A stretch of 64,000 bases of DNA from Candidatus Obscuribacteraceae bacterium (GCA_044226015.1 JBGAHS010000009.1:256001-320000); one strand, 5' to 3'; numbered from the stretch's first letter, positions 10,601 to 19,804 are shown. Translations and numbers: made by a program. Notes: a model not told the origin generated them from the letters alone.

Positions 10601-11479
10601 ATTAAACACGAAAAGAGCGAGTACACCACGCTTATCGATGCCTGGTCAAACTATAAGAGACTGGCAAGAACAGACCAATGGATCAACTGGATTGAACCAA
10701 TTCTCAACCGAGTTCAACCTATGTTGGGCGACCCGCGTATTCGTCCTATTTTGACTCGAGCGAAAAGCGACCTAATTCTCTCTGACATCATCAAAGAGAA
10801 GAAAGTCTTGTTTGTGAAAATTCCGCAAGGACAACTCGATCAGAACGGTAATCTGCTGGGCAGTTTGATGGTCACTGGTATTAAGCAGGCCGCTCTGTCT
10901 TTGTCTGTTAAAGGTAAAGAGAAGAATCGCGCTTGTGCGTTATATTTGGATGAGTTTGATACCTTCATTGAGAAAGAAACATTTGATGCCATAACTTCTG
11001 AGACTCGAAAGTTCCAACTGGGTTTTGTTGGCGCAAGCAAGACATTGCAAACATTGCCTGAAGATTATCGAAACCAGCTCGTTATCAACGTTGGCATGAT
11101 GGCTATCTTTGCACTTGCTAAGAAAGATGGAGATATGCTCGGACCTCAAATGTTCCGTGTGGATGGTAGAAAAGTAAAACATCAGACCATTCAAAACGTT
11201 TTCAACAAAGTCAACTCATCTCCTCAATTTGAACTTATTTCGGACGAAGAAAAATTGAACATCGACCGCGTTGTGGGGCAAGAGGAGCGTACCTACTTCT
11301 GTTACCGAGTTGGTACAGTTGCAGGCGTGTTTAACATGCTAGCGCCCGAATTTAAGGATGTTCCAGAGAAGGACATCAACCAGGACCTCCTGGATGAAAT
11401 GTATGAAAATCGTTTGAAACATGAAGACGACGATTATGAAGAAGACGAAGATGAGGAAGAGGAAGACGACGAAGATTAG
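7646..11479 (+). CDS. Membrane-anchored VirD4/TrwB-like (FtsK-HerA superfamily) ATPase, paralog 1
   Basis: N-terminal CxxC-x10-CxxC; long disordered linker; two TM helices around a beta-rich domain; then HTLILGAGAKGKS (Walker A), VIDP...GYNPL, LYLDEF (Walker B), ETRKF; acidic tail. Confidence 0.85.
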   Translation: MSLELLICQTCGIIIRGRSKTCTGCGAVMSKHSPTVVNNALIGATALAVPLQNDPLVLERTVNHVIYGRNMEADSNGNGNGNGSGNGHDGNGAFLYSESDLGKVVFPASEDGPAFQPDEESTQLESEPEPEPIPNEAPQWELTSTGTRLPMLGAAVGTPMAAGAAHALASFNAQSAQSAEMAAAAAPPVSTPAVAEASSVAAYAPPASPEYAAPPTADDPDDFFSGPAAAAASGNGAGVPSTGQADSFDAAPPGRSAPDPHTRAPEPEQREAAPVSHTNNAAPVQSEPTHSAPSQTAGPISEPIHSPPVATPSTAQSFLSAPPPGTFAPTSESASAQTDTAVSTPGLMANFSTPSSSQNVKPTSAHASSRPGMMDFFSATSDSPAAGGTTGTNEAQASSPQTDSLSPSFMSGAQASIIQNAINAAANLSTSTKTDVELREAEPEPEPLKAKKKSVGKKSLRPKPVEEAEDEEDFAPKSLDKFKKSGRSSLTKIDKDKTSKDKTKSKPAPSSKKKSGSKSAETENFTVGNFSIPMKTAKVAGLMIVFAFPVMVLIANVTSIIGGLAGGNKDGSLPGMAAPAPSSGLNGDWEIAFMNPSGSVGTGVMTLNQNGNSIDGYGADKGQFQIRGTVDGDKVQFNKQYVQNGQIVGKPILYAGKIDYMIDQLPQGQKYFVHISGIWQLTKREGYSWRAQIKQFQGKWEGGLTRRGTGTGTIAAHSGPQQGPQVSSPKNPQAAHGFFLQVALGIIGIGIGLALVSLKFFGPSGLLNIWAKKEYIPSQFKAQHFKMVAEMGKPLRPGGVPLGTRSDWGIHQWWRPRKLNMTPELRESNPHTLILGAGAKGKSRLMASMIANDIEGAERAVVVVDSDGALIDLMMNWIAAHPKGKQMAKRVIVIDPTYDGETIGYNPLEFPEDGDLQNAASSIVFGFKAIYTEPPGSQSQWNQQTANILRNSAVLLMANGKTLTDLPVLLSDNDFRDILLEKVEKIKHEKSEYTTLIDAWSNYKRLARTDQWINWIEPILNRVQPMLGDPRIRPILTRAKSDLILSDIIKEKKVLFVKIPQGQLDQNGNLLGSLMVTGIKQAALSLSVKGKEKNRACALYLDEFDTFIEKETFDAITSETRKFQLGFVGASKTLQTLPEDYRNQLVINVGMMAIFALAKKDGDMLGPQMFRVDGRKVKHQTIQNVFNKVNSSPQFELISDEEKLNIDRVVGQEERTYFCYRVGTVAGVFNMLAPEFKDVPEKDINQDLLDEMYENRLKHEDDDYEEDEDEEEEDDED

Positions 11480-11493
11480 AACGTAAGTTTTTC

Positions 11494-11522
11494 TTGACAA
11501 GGTCGAAGGGCCGGCTTATATT
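11494..11522 (+). promoter_or_regulatory. Sigma70-type promoter between the two ATPase paralogs
   Basis: TTGACA (11494-11499), 17-bp spacer, TATATT (11517-11522). Confidence 0.7.
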
Positions 11523-11729
11523 ATTCGTAATTTAGTAGTAAAAACTTCAAAGCCAGCAGAGTGAGCGAACTTGAGTCATCGCCGGGGTAATACTGGCTGG
11601 GAAGTTATGGAGGAGAACAGGCAAGCAGTCTTACGAGCTGGTATCGCAATTGATACCATTTCCATCGGATTTTAGTTCGTTGCTTAGTCGTTAGCCCTTT
11701 TATTTCGCCTTCGCTCAAAGGTTTAATTC

Positions 11730-14700
11730 ATGAACTATTTCGTTTGCCCTTCTTGCGGAGGGCTGCTTCGCAGCGCCGCGAGCAATTGTCAGAATTGCAG
11801 AACTTTTGTAACTAAACACTCGAGTACTGGCGTGGCTCATTTAAGTGCTTCTCTGCAACCACATGCTGTGGCATTGAAGGACCCATCGCTGAAAGCCGAA
11901 ACGATGATTTTGCAGCTTCAGGCTGCTGGAGTAAATGGCAGCTCAAATTTACCCAGTCAATTGCATCAGGAGTGTTCAGCTCTGCCTGCACAAGATTACG
12001 TTGATGCTCTTGCAAAGCAATCTTCTGTTATTACAAATGACTCGAATCATAATTTTTCACCAGAAGAGTCCTTACCTTGTGCTGAGTTTCCGTGGAATCC
12101 CACGCCATCTCCCGAAGCCATCGAAAGCGATTCAGCTCAAATCGATGTTCCTTCTGTTCTTCTTGGTGGTGCTGCGGGATTCGCTGCTGGTGTCCTTGTA
12201 AGTAATGTTTTTAACGCAAAGGCAGAAGTGTCTGAGAATCTTTCAAAAGTTAGAGGGAGCGTTGTCGATAAGGAAATTGTGCCTTGCGCGAATGCTGCGA
12301 CTATTGATTCGATTTACGAGAATTCGCCTGCCGCGCCTTCTCTGATTCAATCTGAAGAAATCGCTGTTTCTGATAGTGGAAATGACCTGCGCCAATTATT
12401 GTCACAGGTTGAGAGCAATCGCAGCGAGCCAGCCATTGGGCGAGACTTTTTTGCTGACGCCAATCTGAACCAGTCTTTTCTGAGGGTTGAAGAAGGTTCA
12501 TTCCAAAAGCAAAACGCTTTTTCAACCTATTTTGAATCACCTGAGCTGGCGGATGGTGCACGTGCTGAGCAATCAGTCTCAGTGGGACCCAGCGTCGAAC
12601 TTAGCGATGAGCAACGCAATCGATTGATTCAACGCCTTGTTGATGCAAATTCCAATGGCGCGGGCTCTGCTTTGCCGGAACTGTTCGAAAACTCAAATGT
12701 AGCGCCGACTCAGCCTAAACGCAAGCGATCGATTAGACGTCGACACGAGCAGCTGAGTGAAGAGAAAAGTAGCAGTGACTCGAATGTGCTTAGTTTGCTG
12801 AAAGGGCTCGCAAAGCCGTTGCTGCTATCCTTAAGTGCTCTCATTCTTTGCTCTGTTCTTGCAGTATTTGCGGTTTTGTTTGAATCTAAGAGCGAACATC
12901 TAACTGCCGTTGGCTTTATGGAAGGTCGCTATCTGACCTCGTTTCAGGATGGTTTCGGACAGGCAAACAGTGGGCAGATGGACCTGCACAAGTTTGGTGA
13001 AATGATTAAAGGAACAGGGAAGGATTTGCTTCCCGTCCCGACAGCTATCGGACAACGCTACCGCAGCTTCGAAATAAGTGGAGCCGTTTCGTCCAACGGT
13101 ATCACTCTGGTGAAGCGCTATCTACCTGAGGTTAATAAGGCTAAGAGTCCGCCGATTGTATTTGAAGGAAACTTCACTGATGTCAGTCAGAAGTTCATTT
13201 CTGGAACTTGGCACGTTCAGCGCAACGGAAAGAGTGCAGCAGGAAATTGGAATGCTCGCTTCGTCGAGACTCCGAAACTCTCAACTATGAAGTGGGGCGC
13301 CTGGCGAAACAAGCAAAATCCTATGAATTCGGCAGCTCCCACGGAGCCTGTCAAAGAGGATCTCTTTAGTAAGTATGTTTGGAATGATAATGAACCATTG
13401 CCTTCGCGTTTTGGCAAGCTGCTTTGTCTTTGTGTCCTGCTAGGTATTGCTCTTGTTCATCTATCTGCCAGATTTTTCGGGCTGCATGGTCTCCTTAATA
13501 CATGGGAAAGAGAGCGCTATGTCCCGGTTTCGCTTCGCCCCCAACAGCGAAAGATAATGAAGGAATTAGGCAGGGGAAAGGCGTCCGGTTCGCTTTTCAT
13601 GGGCACTCGAATGGATTGGCATCTGGGTGAGATATTGCTTCCACGCAAGTTGTATCTGACCAACGAGAGACGAAGCCGCAACCCGCATTTTCTTGCCATT
13701 GGAAATAGTGCGAAAGGCAAGACCAGATTGCTTGCAAATATGGCGATGCAAGACATCAGGAGTGACGACAGAGCTGTAGTCATCGTTGATTCCGAAGGCT
13801 CTCTTTGTGATCTCGTTTTGAGGACCATGGCAGCAAGTGCTGACGCCAAAGAACTTCTAAGCAGAGTTCATGTAATCGAGCCCTGCCGAACAGAATGTGT
13901 TTTGGGGTTTAACCCATTTCTTTGCGCTGATTCTGAGAATTTGCTTTCTCTAGCCAACAGTATTGTGCTCGGCTTCAAAGCCGTTTATACAGAGACTCAA
14001 AATCAACAAAATCAGTGGTCTCAGCAGACCGCGAATATTCTTCGCAATTCGGTGCTCTTGCTGATTCTAAACGGAGAGAACCTTGATGCCTTGCCGAAGC
14101 TGCTTTCAGATAACGATTTTAGAGATGTCTTACTTGAAAGTGTCGAACTGCATCACGCTGCTGAATGGAAAACTCTGATCGATGCATGGTCGAATTACAA
14201 GAAATTAGCACGTACTGATCAATGGCTAAATTGGATAGAGCCAATACTTAACCGTGTGCAACCGCTCTTGTCAGACCGTCGCATCAGCCGATTATTGAAT
14301 GCTTCAGATAACAGTGTTGACCTGGAGCAGGTATTGAAGGAGAAGCAGGTGTTGCTTCTGCGTGTTCCAGAAGGACAACTGGAAAAAGGAGGAAGTCTTT
14401 TAGGAAGTCTTATTATCACAGGTTTGAAACAAGCTGCATTGGCGCGGTTCGAGCGAGGGCGAGACGAGGAGTCACCCTGCGCTCTGTACGTTGATGAGCT
14501 AAACAATTTTATGGATGCTGAATCTTTCGATTCGTTTTGCGCCGACTCGAGAAAATTGAAAGTCGGCTTGCATGCCTCTCTCAAAACATTGCATGACTTG
14601 CCTGAGGATTTTAGAACTAAGATTCAAGTTGATTTTGGAAGCATTGCTGTATTCGCAATATCCAAGAAGGATGCTGATGTCCTCGGACCTGGAATATTCA

Positions 14701-14969
14701 AGGTAGACGGTCGCAGTATCACTAAGATACGACCGGCCGATATCATGAATCCATTTAATTCCGCACCGAACATGCGCATGGCTTCGGACGAGGAAAAGAT
14801 GAATACAAATAGATTTGTCGGTCAAGACGAAAAGACATTTTTCTTCCATATCATGGGCACAGAAGCTGGAATCTTCAGAATGACTGCACCAGAATTCAAA
14901 GACATCCCAAGAGGAGACATCAATTGGGATTTGCTGGAGTCAATTTATGATGAAGATTCAGGAGATTGA
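11730..14969 (+). CDS. Membrane-anchored VirD4/TrwB-like ATPase, paralog 2
   Basis: Same architecture as 7646..11479; HFLAIGNSAKGKT, LYVDEL; near-identical peptides such as TLIDAWSNYKKLARTDQWLNWIEPILNRVQP. Confidence 0.85.
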   Translation: MNYFVCPSCGGLLRSAASNCQNCRTFVTKHSSTGVAHLSASLQPHAVALKDPSLKAETMILQLQAAGVNGSSNLPSQLHQECSALPAQDYVDALAKQSSVITNDSNHNFSPEESLPCAEFPWNPTPSPEAIESDSAQIDVPSVLLGGAAGFAAGVLVSNVFNAKAEVSENLSKVRGSVVDKEIVPCANAATIDSIYENSPAAPSLIQSEEIAVSDSGNDLRQLLSQVESNRSEPAIGRDFFADANLNQSFLRVEEGSFQKQNAFSTYFESPELADGARAEQSVSVGPSVELSDEQRNRLIQRLVDANSNGAGSALPELFENSNVAPTQPKRKRSIRRRHEQLSEEKSSSDSNVLSLLKGLAKPLLLSLSALILCSVLAVFAVLFESKSEHLTAVGFMEGRYLTSFQDGFGQANSGQMDLHKFGEMIKGTGKDLLPVPTAIGQRYRSFEISGAVSSNGITLVKRYLPEVNKAKSPPIVFEGNFTDVSQKFISGTWHVQRNGKSAAGNWNARFVETPKLSTMKWGAWRNKQNPMNSAAPTEPVKEDLFSKYVWNDNEPLPSRFGKLLCLCVLLGIALVHLSARFFGLHGLLNTWERERYVPVSLRPQQRKIMKELGRGKASGSLFMGTRMDWHLGEILLPRKLYLTNERRSRNPHFLAIGNSAKGKTRLLANMAMQDIRSDDRAVVIVDSEGSLCDLVLRTMAASADAKELLSRVHVIEPCRTECVLGFNPFLCADSENLLSLANSIVLGFKAVYTETQNQQNQWSQQTANILRNSVLLLILNGENLDALPKLLSDNDFRDVLLESVELHHAAEWKTLIDAWSNYKKLARTDQWLNWIEPILNRVQPLLSDRRISRLLNASDNSVDLEQVLKEKQVLLLRVPEGQLEKGGSLLGSLIITGLKQAALARFERGRDEESPCALYVDELNNFMDAESFDSFCADSRKLKVGLHASLKTLHDLPEDFRTKIQVDFGSIAVFAISKKDADVLGPGIFKVDGRSITKIRPADIMNPFNSAPNMRMASDEEKMNTNRFVGQDEKTFFFHIMGTEAGIFRMTAPEFKDIPRGDINWDLLESIYDEDSGD

Positions 14970-15226
14970 TTCTTTCGTAGTGATTTTTTGTCCGTTAAAC
15001 TGATCAGGGGCTGATTAAGCATAGTTGTTCGTTGAACAACTGCTGGCTCAAGCATTGACTTACATTTCGCTGCCTGTTCGGACTGCGGAAACGGCTGCAC
15101 GCCAAGAGGTGTGCCTATATCTTGCCGCGTAATAGCGGACTTAATTTGAGGATAAAAAAATGAAAAACGGGTATTATCTTAAGCAAGCACGCGCCCATAG
15201 CGCTATATTCAGGGGTCTCGTATAAC

Positions 15227-18200
15227 ATGCAAAGTGGTGGACCAGGTCCCAGGAACATCTGGGAGGAAAAGATAGGCGACCTCCGTCGTTATGATCTTGA
15301 TCAATTAGAGCAAGATCCGTTGCGACCGGAGGACATTGAAAGCTGGCCAATTCCAGGTTTGGCATTTGTGAGAGTTGATGGCATTTTGCGTTCTTGGGAC
15401 ATTGAACAAGAAAAGCAACAGAGAAACCAGCAGCCCCAGCAACAAAACGATCCCAATCAACTGCCAAAGCGCATGTACTTGATGGAAGATGCTCTAACTG
15501 GCTTGAACAGCCAGAAGGCATACGTTGCATATTTAGTTCTGGGGAACAGAACCGGCGTTAAATACTACATGGGTATGTCACTGCAAACAGCTCCTGATGG
15601 CTTGGAAGAAAGCGACCTCGCTGAGATTTGCTATAACATTCAAAAATCAATTCTTCATAGCGTATACAACGGCGTAGATATTCACAAGGATATTTACTCA
15701 AGTGATGATTTGAAGCAGCTGATAGCGCCGATGGCTGCTAACGTTGGCATAGTTACTGGTGTTCCCTCCTTAAAAAGCACCGGTGGTGACACTCTAGAGT
15801 CTGAGCAGATTGAGCGTATTGCTAGCGGTTTGCAAGGTCTCGACTTTGGTATGTTGATACTTTGTGCTCCGGTGCCATCAAAGATGGTGTCAGAAGAAGA
15901 GTTTATTATTCTTGACCAGGTGCAGCGTGCTCAAGAAAATGAAGATGCCGAAAAGAAACGGCGTATCAAATACTACCTGGAGTTGCAGGATGCTTACTTG
16001 AAGCACGTGCAGTTGGGGCAAGCCATTGGGCACTGGCAAGTGGGTGTTTATTTCTTTGCTCCTAAAGCTGACGTATTTGTTCGCTTAATGTCATTGATCA
16101 AGGCTACTTACACAGATGAAGGTTCTCGCCCGACTCCATTGCGCACTCACGTGTTCAAGGGGCTGAAAAAGCATCTTCTCGATTTTGGATTGTTGCGTAA
16201 TCCGAGAGCAGATAGCAACGGTCATAAGCTCTTTAACTTCCGCTTTCTCTCACCCCTGAACTCACGTATGCTCTCATCGTTTGTTCATCTGCCTAAGCGA
16301 GAGATGGCTGGGTTTAAGGTGCGACGATCAGCAGAGTTCAGCCTTGCAGCACCAGATGTGAAAAATCCAGAAAGGACAATTGCTGTAGGAAATATTCTCG
16401 ACAAGAATATAGATACCGGTAACTTGTATCACGTGGATGTCGACGCCCTTCAAAAACACACCATCATCTGTGGAGTAACCGGGGGTGGTAAGACTAATAC
16501 ATCATTCTATTTGTTGAATCAGTTATGGCGCTACAAGATACCTTTCATGGTAATTGAGCCTGCTAAGTCTGAGTACAGGTACATGCTTCTCACTTCGGAC
16601 AACTTCAAGGGAATTGGGCAAGCATTCTCACTTGGGGATGAGACTGTTTCGCCCTTCCGATTGAATCCATTTGAAATCATGAAAGGGGTAAAGGTACAAA
16701 CCCATCTCGATGCGTTGAAGTCAGTATTCAACGCAAGTTTTGAAATGTATTCTCCAATGCCTCAGGTTCTGGAAAAAGCGTTGAACCAGATTTATGGTGT
16801 ACGTGGGTGGGACCTCGTTCAGAACAAAAACAGGCGACTTCCACCAGGGATGAGCGTGGGCGACCCTGATTGTCCGCCTGAAATCTATCCCACTATGAAA
16901 GACCTTTTCGAAATTATTGACCCCGTTGTTGAATCTTTCGGATATTCAGAAAGAATCGGTCCTGACGTACAGGCTGCTCTGAAAGCCCGTATTGGTTCTT
17001 TGCTCATCGGTGGTAAAGGACAGATGCTCAATACGCGCAGGTCTATTCCTCCAGAGATTCTCTTCCAGCGTCCAACTGTTGTAGAACTAAAGATGGTGTC
17101 AGAAGACTCTGAAAAATCCTTCTTAATGGGAATGCTTCTTGTGTTTCTCTACGAGTTTAGAGAAGCTCGAGGACCGCACGATGAGCTACAACACGTTATG
17201 TTGGTAGAAGAGGCTCACCGACTCTTGAAAAACGTTCCGACGGGGCAAAGTTCTGAAAGCGCAAACCCGGCAGGTAAAGCGGTTGAATTCTTTACGAACA
17301 TGCTTGCTGAAATTCGTTCTTACGGTCAGGGATTCATCATCGCGGACCAAATTCCAAACAAACTCGCTCCTGAAGCTTTGAAAAATACGAACTTGAAGAT
17401 CATGCACCGTATTGTGGCGGTCGATGACCGTGACTCTATGGGTGGTGCAATGAACCTTGATGATGTTCAGAAACGCCACGTTACAGCACTTGGTCAAGGG
17501 CGTGCAGTAGTTTACGCTGAGAAAATGGAAACCCCATTCCACCTTGCTATTATGTTCGACAAAACTGCAGCTGTACCACCTCCAGAAACGCCAGAGGAAG
17601 GCGACCAAATCGTGCGTGACGCGATGGCCGGTTTGAACATTGTTCAGACATTCGACAGGCATATGGGATGCAAATTCTGCTTGCATCGCTGTGATTCTGC
17701 CATCCTCGATACTGCAGTGATGGTTGCTGACGACACATTGTTCAGGCAAGTCTATAACCGATATTTGCTTTCTACACTGAAGGACTTGACACAACTTGTT
17801 CACTTCAGGGCGCAAATTATTCACGAAATTCAGCGTGTAATCGGCGGACGAGCTCGTTCAGGTAACCTTACGGGGATCACATGGTGCGCTCTGACTCAGG
17901 CAACTGAGAGATATTATGAGAGAAAGGGCGAAGAAAATTATTGGTATTATGACCAGGTAAAAGAGCAGCATTTACGGTGGCTGAACTTGTTGCGTCCAGC
18001 CTTCCAGCCAAGCGAAGTAAACCGCAGGCTTGATATAAGTGTATTGCGCGAATGGAGAGATGATTTCGTCGAACTGCATAAGCGCGACCAGGGACCTCAT
18101 CCTACATGCGGACCTTGCACAGCGAAGTGCTTGTACCGATTTGAAGTTTCGGAAATCGTGCGCGATCCGAAAATCAAGTTTGACTTCAACTCGTCAATCA

Positions 18201-18430
18201 ACCGTAAAGACACTGCTGCTTCCGACTCTGCTGCCTGGTTCTGCCGTTTGTTGACAGAACGAATGATTGGACAGCCAGACATAGATTTGTCGTACTGTCT
18301 TGCAGTACATTTGATCAAAGATCAGCAGCTATCCACCGATGCGCAGCTTGTACTATTGCACAAGGTACGAACAGCTCTGGAAAACTTCCAGAATGAGGCT
18401 GAGGAAGGTGGTGGCGAGGGTGGTGGCTAG
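15227..18430 (+). CDS. HerA/DUF87-type ATPase (FtsK-HerA superfamily) with Cys-rich C-terminus
   Basis: KHTIICGVTGGGKT (Walker A), VIEPAKSEY, FRLNPF, LVEEAHRLL (Walker B), EIRSYGQGFIIADQ, NTNLKIMHR; two HxxCxxCxxxC motifs near the C-terminus. Confidence 0.88.
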   Translation: MQSGGPGPRNIWEEKIGDLRRYDLDQLEQDPLRPEDIESWPIPGLAFVRVDGILRSWDIEQEKQQRNQQPQQQNDPNQLPKRMYLMEDALTGLNSQKAYVAYLVLGNRTGVKYYMGMSLQTAPDGLEESDLAEICYNIQKSILHSVYNGVDIHKDIYSSDDLKQLIAPMAANVGIVTGVPSLKSTGGDTLESEQIERIASGLQGLDFGMLILCAPVPSKMVSEEEFIILDQVQRAQENEDAEKKRRIKYYLELQDAYLKHVQLGQAIGHWQVGVYFFAPKADVFVRLMSLIKATYTDEGSRPTPLRTHVFKGLKKHLLDFGLLRNPRADSNGHKLFNFRFLSPLNSRMLSSFVHLPKREMAGFKVRRSAEFSLAAPDVKNPERTIAVGNILDKNIDTGNLYHVDVDALQKHTIICGVTGGGKTNTSFYLLNQLWRYKIPFMVIEPAKSEYRYMLLTSDNFKGIGQAFSLGDETVSPFRLNPFEIMKGVKVQTHLDALKSVFNASFEMYSPMPQVLEKALNQIYGVRGWDLVQNKNRRLPPGMSVGDPDCPPEIYPTMKDLFEIIDPVVESFGYSERIGPDVQAALKARIGSLLIGGKGQMLNTRRSIPPEILFQRPTVVELKMVSEDSEKSFLMGMLLVFLYEFREARGPHDELQHVMLVEEAHRLLKNVPTGQSSESANPAGKAVEFFTNMLAEIRSYGQGFIIADQIPNKLAPEALKNTNLKIMHRIVAVDDRDSMGGAMNLDDVQKRHVTALGQGRAVVYAEKMETPFHLAIMFDKTAAVPPPETPEEGDQIVRDAMAGLNIVQTFDRHMGCKFCLHRCDSAILDTAVMVADDTLFRQVYNRYLLSTLKDLTQLVHFRAQIIHEIQRVIGGRARSGNLTGITWCALTQATERYYERKGEENYWYYDQVKEQHLRWLNLLRPAFQPSEVNRRLDISVLREWRDDFVELHKRDQGPHPTCGPCTAKCLYRFEVSEIVRDPKIKFDFNSSINRKDTAASDSAAWFCRLLTERMIGQPDIDLSYCLAVHLIKDQQLSTDAQLVLLHKVRTALENFQNEAEEGGGEGGG

Positions 18431-18445
18431 TTATCACACTAATTA

Positions 18446-19804
18446 CTATTTTGTTCCTTCAGGGGAGAGCATTTTGTGAATTGCTCTGTCGGTGTCGGTC
18501 CAAGTCCTTGCTTGCACTTTCTCTACAAAACCTTCTCCTAGTTCTTTCTTGACGAACTGTTCCCATTTTGAAGGCGCTTCTGACCAAAACTGAAATGGTT
18601 TGTCAGGCTGGAATTCTTGCCATCGCCCTTTTTCTTGAGCTACTAGATTTCTAAAATTAACGGAATGAGCCAACTCTCTCAATGCTGCTTGCCCTTCAGC
18701 TGTGTTCGTTAGACTATTTAAATGAGTCTCCATACCTGCTGAAGTCACTTCTGTAAACCGTCCCATACGTAGAGGCATATCCTGAAGTCTGCAGGGACGA
18801 GTAAGTGCAGGCATATCAGACGTATGAGGTAAAAGTTCTGACAATGCTGCGTTCCTTGTAGCAGATTCAGGTTCTGAGTAAAGAATATATCTTATCGGAG
18901 GGGTAAGTTTAGCAGCTTCTCGAGCAGCCTGTAAGGCAGGATGCAAATGAGCGCCCAGATCTCCCTGCGCAAGATCCACTACATTTGCCTCCGCAGCACT
19001 CGCGGCTGTTTGTTCTGCGTTTCTTGACACAGCCTTCAAGTCGAAATTTCCTGTTAAGGCAAGGTGATCCGAAAGGGCAATTGATCTTGCTGAAAGGTCA
19101 GGATGCAGATGCGCTCCAAGGTCTCCATCTACAACTGTTTGTTCGATAGGCGCGGTTCTTGATGCTATCGGATCAATGACTCTAAGCTTGCTCATTCTTG
19201 CTCCTCCAGGTGTCCTTCTTTTCAGCCATTCACTGTGTTGAAACAATTCCGCCGTGTCAATGTGCGACTCATGTCCTCCAAAAAGCATATTGCCGGGGTC
19301 TTCTGGTGGGGGAAAGTCGAAGTCATTACCTTTTCCAAGATGATAATCACGAATCCGAGCAGATTCATGGTCCAATCCCCCAGGACCAAAATTGAAGTCG
19401 CCACTAATTACATGTCTCGGTACTGTAGATTCTTGAGCAAGTATGTCTGACATCTGGCCAGCCTCAGCATGCCCGCCGTAAACGATTTCGGCAGGCTCTC
19501 CGTTGGCTCCTGGTTTAAAGTATGCATTTGCAAAATCACGATTTGTCCTGGGGGTGTTTTTCAAAAAATCACCAAATTCGGCTTTCAAGTTAGCAGCAAT
19601 ATCTTTTTCGCCCTGGCGCATACCGACACCCGCTAGCTTGCTCGCGTTATACAGTCCCCCTACAATGGCTGCTCCTGCCACCACAGTTTCAACAGGATGG
19701 TTTTTCATGAAATCAACAGCCTCTGAGAGAAGGTTTTGATGGGCTGCTTCTTTGCCTGAGTCATGTGATAGCAGTTCTGATCTTGTTAGGTGTGAGTTAT
19801 CCAT
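18446..19804 (-). CDS. Hypothetical protein with N-terminal hydrophobic helix and a partial EEP (DNase I-like) domain
   Basis: 452-aa ORF; VVAGAAIVGGL helix; ordered motifs YGGH, VISGDFN, HID, LSDHLALTGNF; duplicated GDLGAHLHP. Confidence 0.7.
   Translation of the reverse strand: MDNSHLTRSELLSHDSGKEAAHQNLLSEAVDFMKNHPVETVVAGAAIVGGLYNASKLAGVGMRQGEKDIAANLKAEFGDFLKNTPRTNRDFANAYFKPGANGEPAEIVYGGHAEAGQMSDILAQESTVPRHVISGDFNFGPGGLDHESARIRDYHLGKGNDFDFPPPEDPGNMLFGGHESHIDTAELFQHSEWLKRRTPGGARMSKLRVIDPIASRTAPIEQTVVDGDLGAHLHPDLSARSIALSDHLALTGNFDLKAVSRNAEQTAASAAEANVVDLAQGDLGAHLHPALQAAREAAKLTPPIRYILYSEPESATRNAALSELLPHTSDMPALTRPCRLQDMPLRMGRFTEVTSAGMETHLNSLTNTAEGQAALRELAHSVNFRNLVAQEKGRWQEFQPDKPFQFWSEAPSKWEQFVKKELGEGFVEKVQARTWTDTDRAIHKMLSPEGTK

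Noticed and set aside
7646..18430. Integrative conjugative element or plasmid transfer region
   Set aside because: No relaxase, integrase, VirB-type genes or att repeat of the nearby tRNAs was seen; housekeeping genes lie between the tRNAs and the ATPases.
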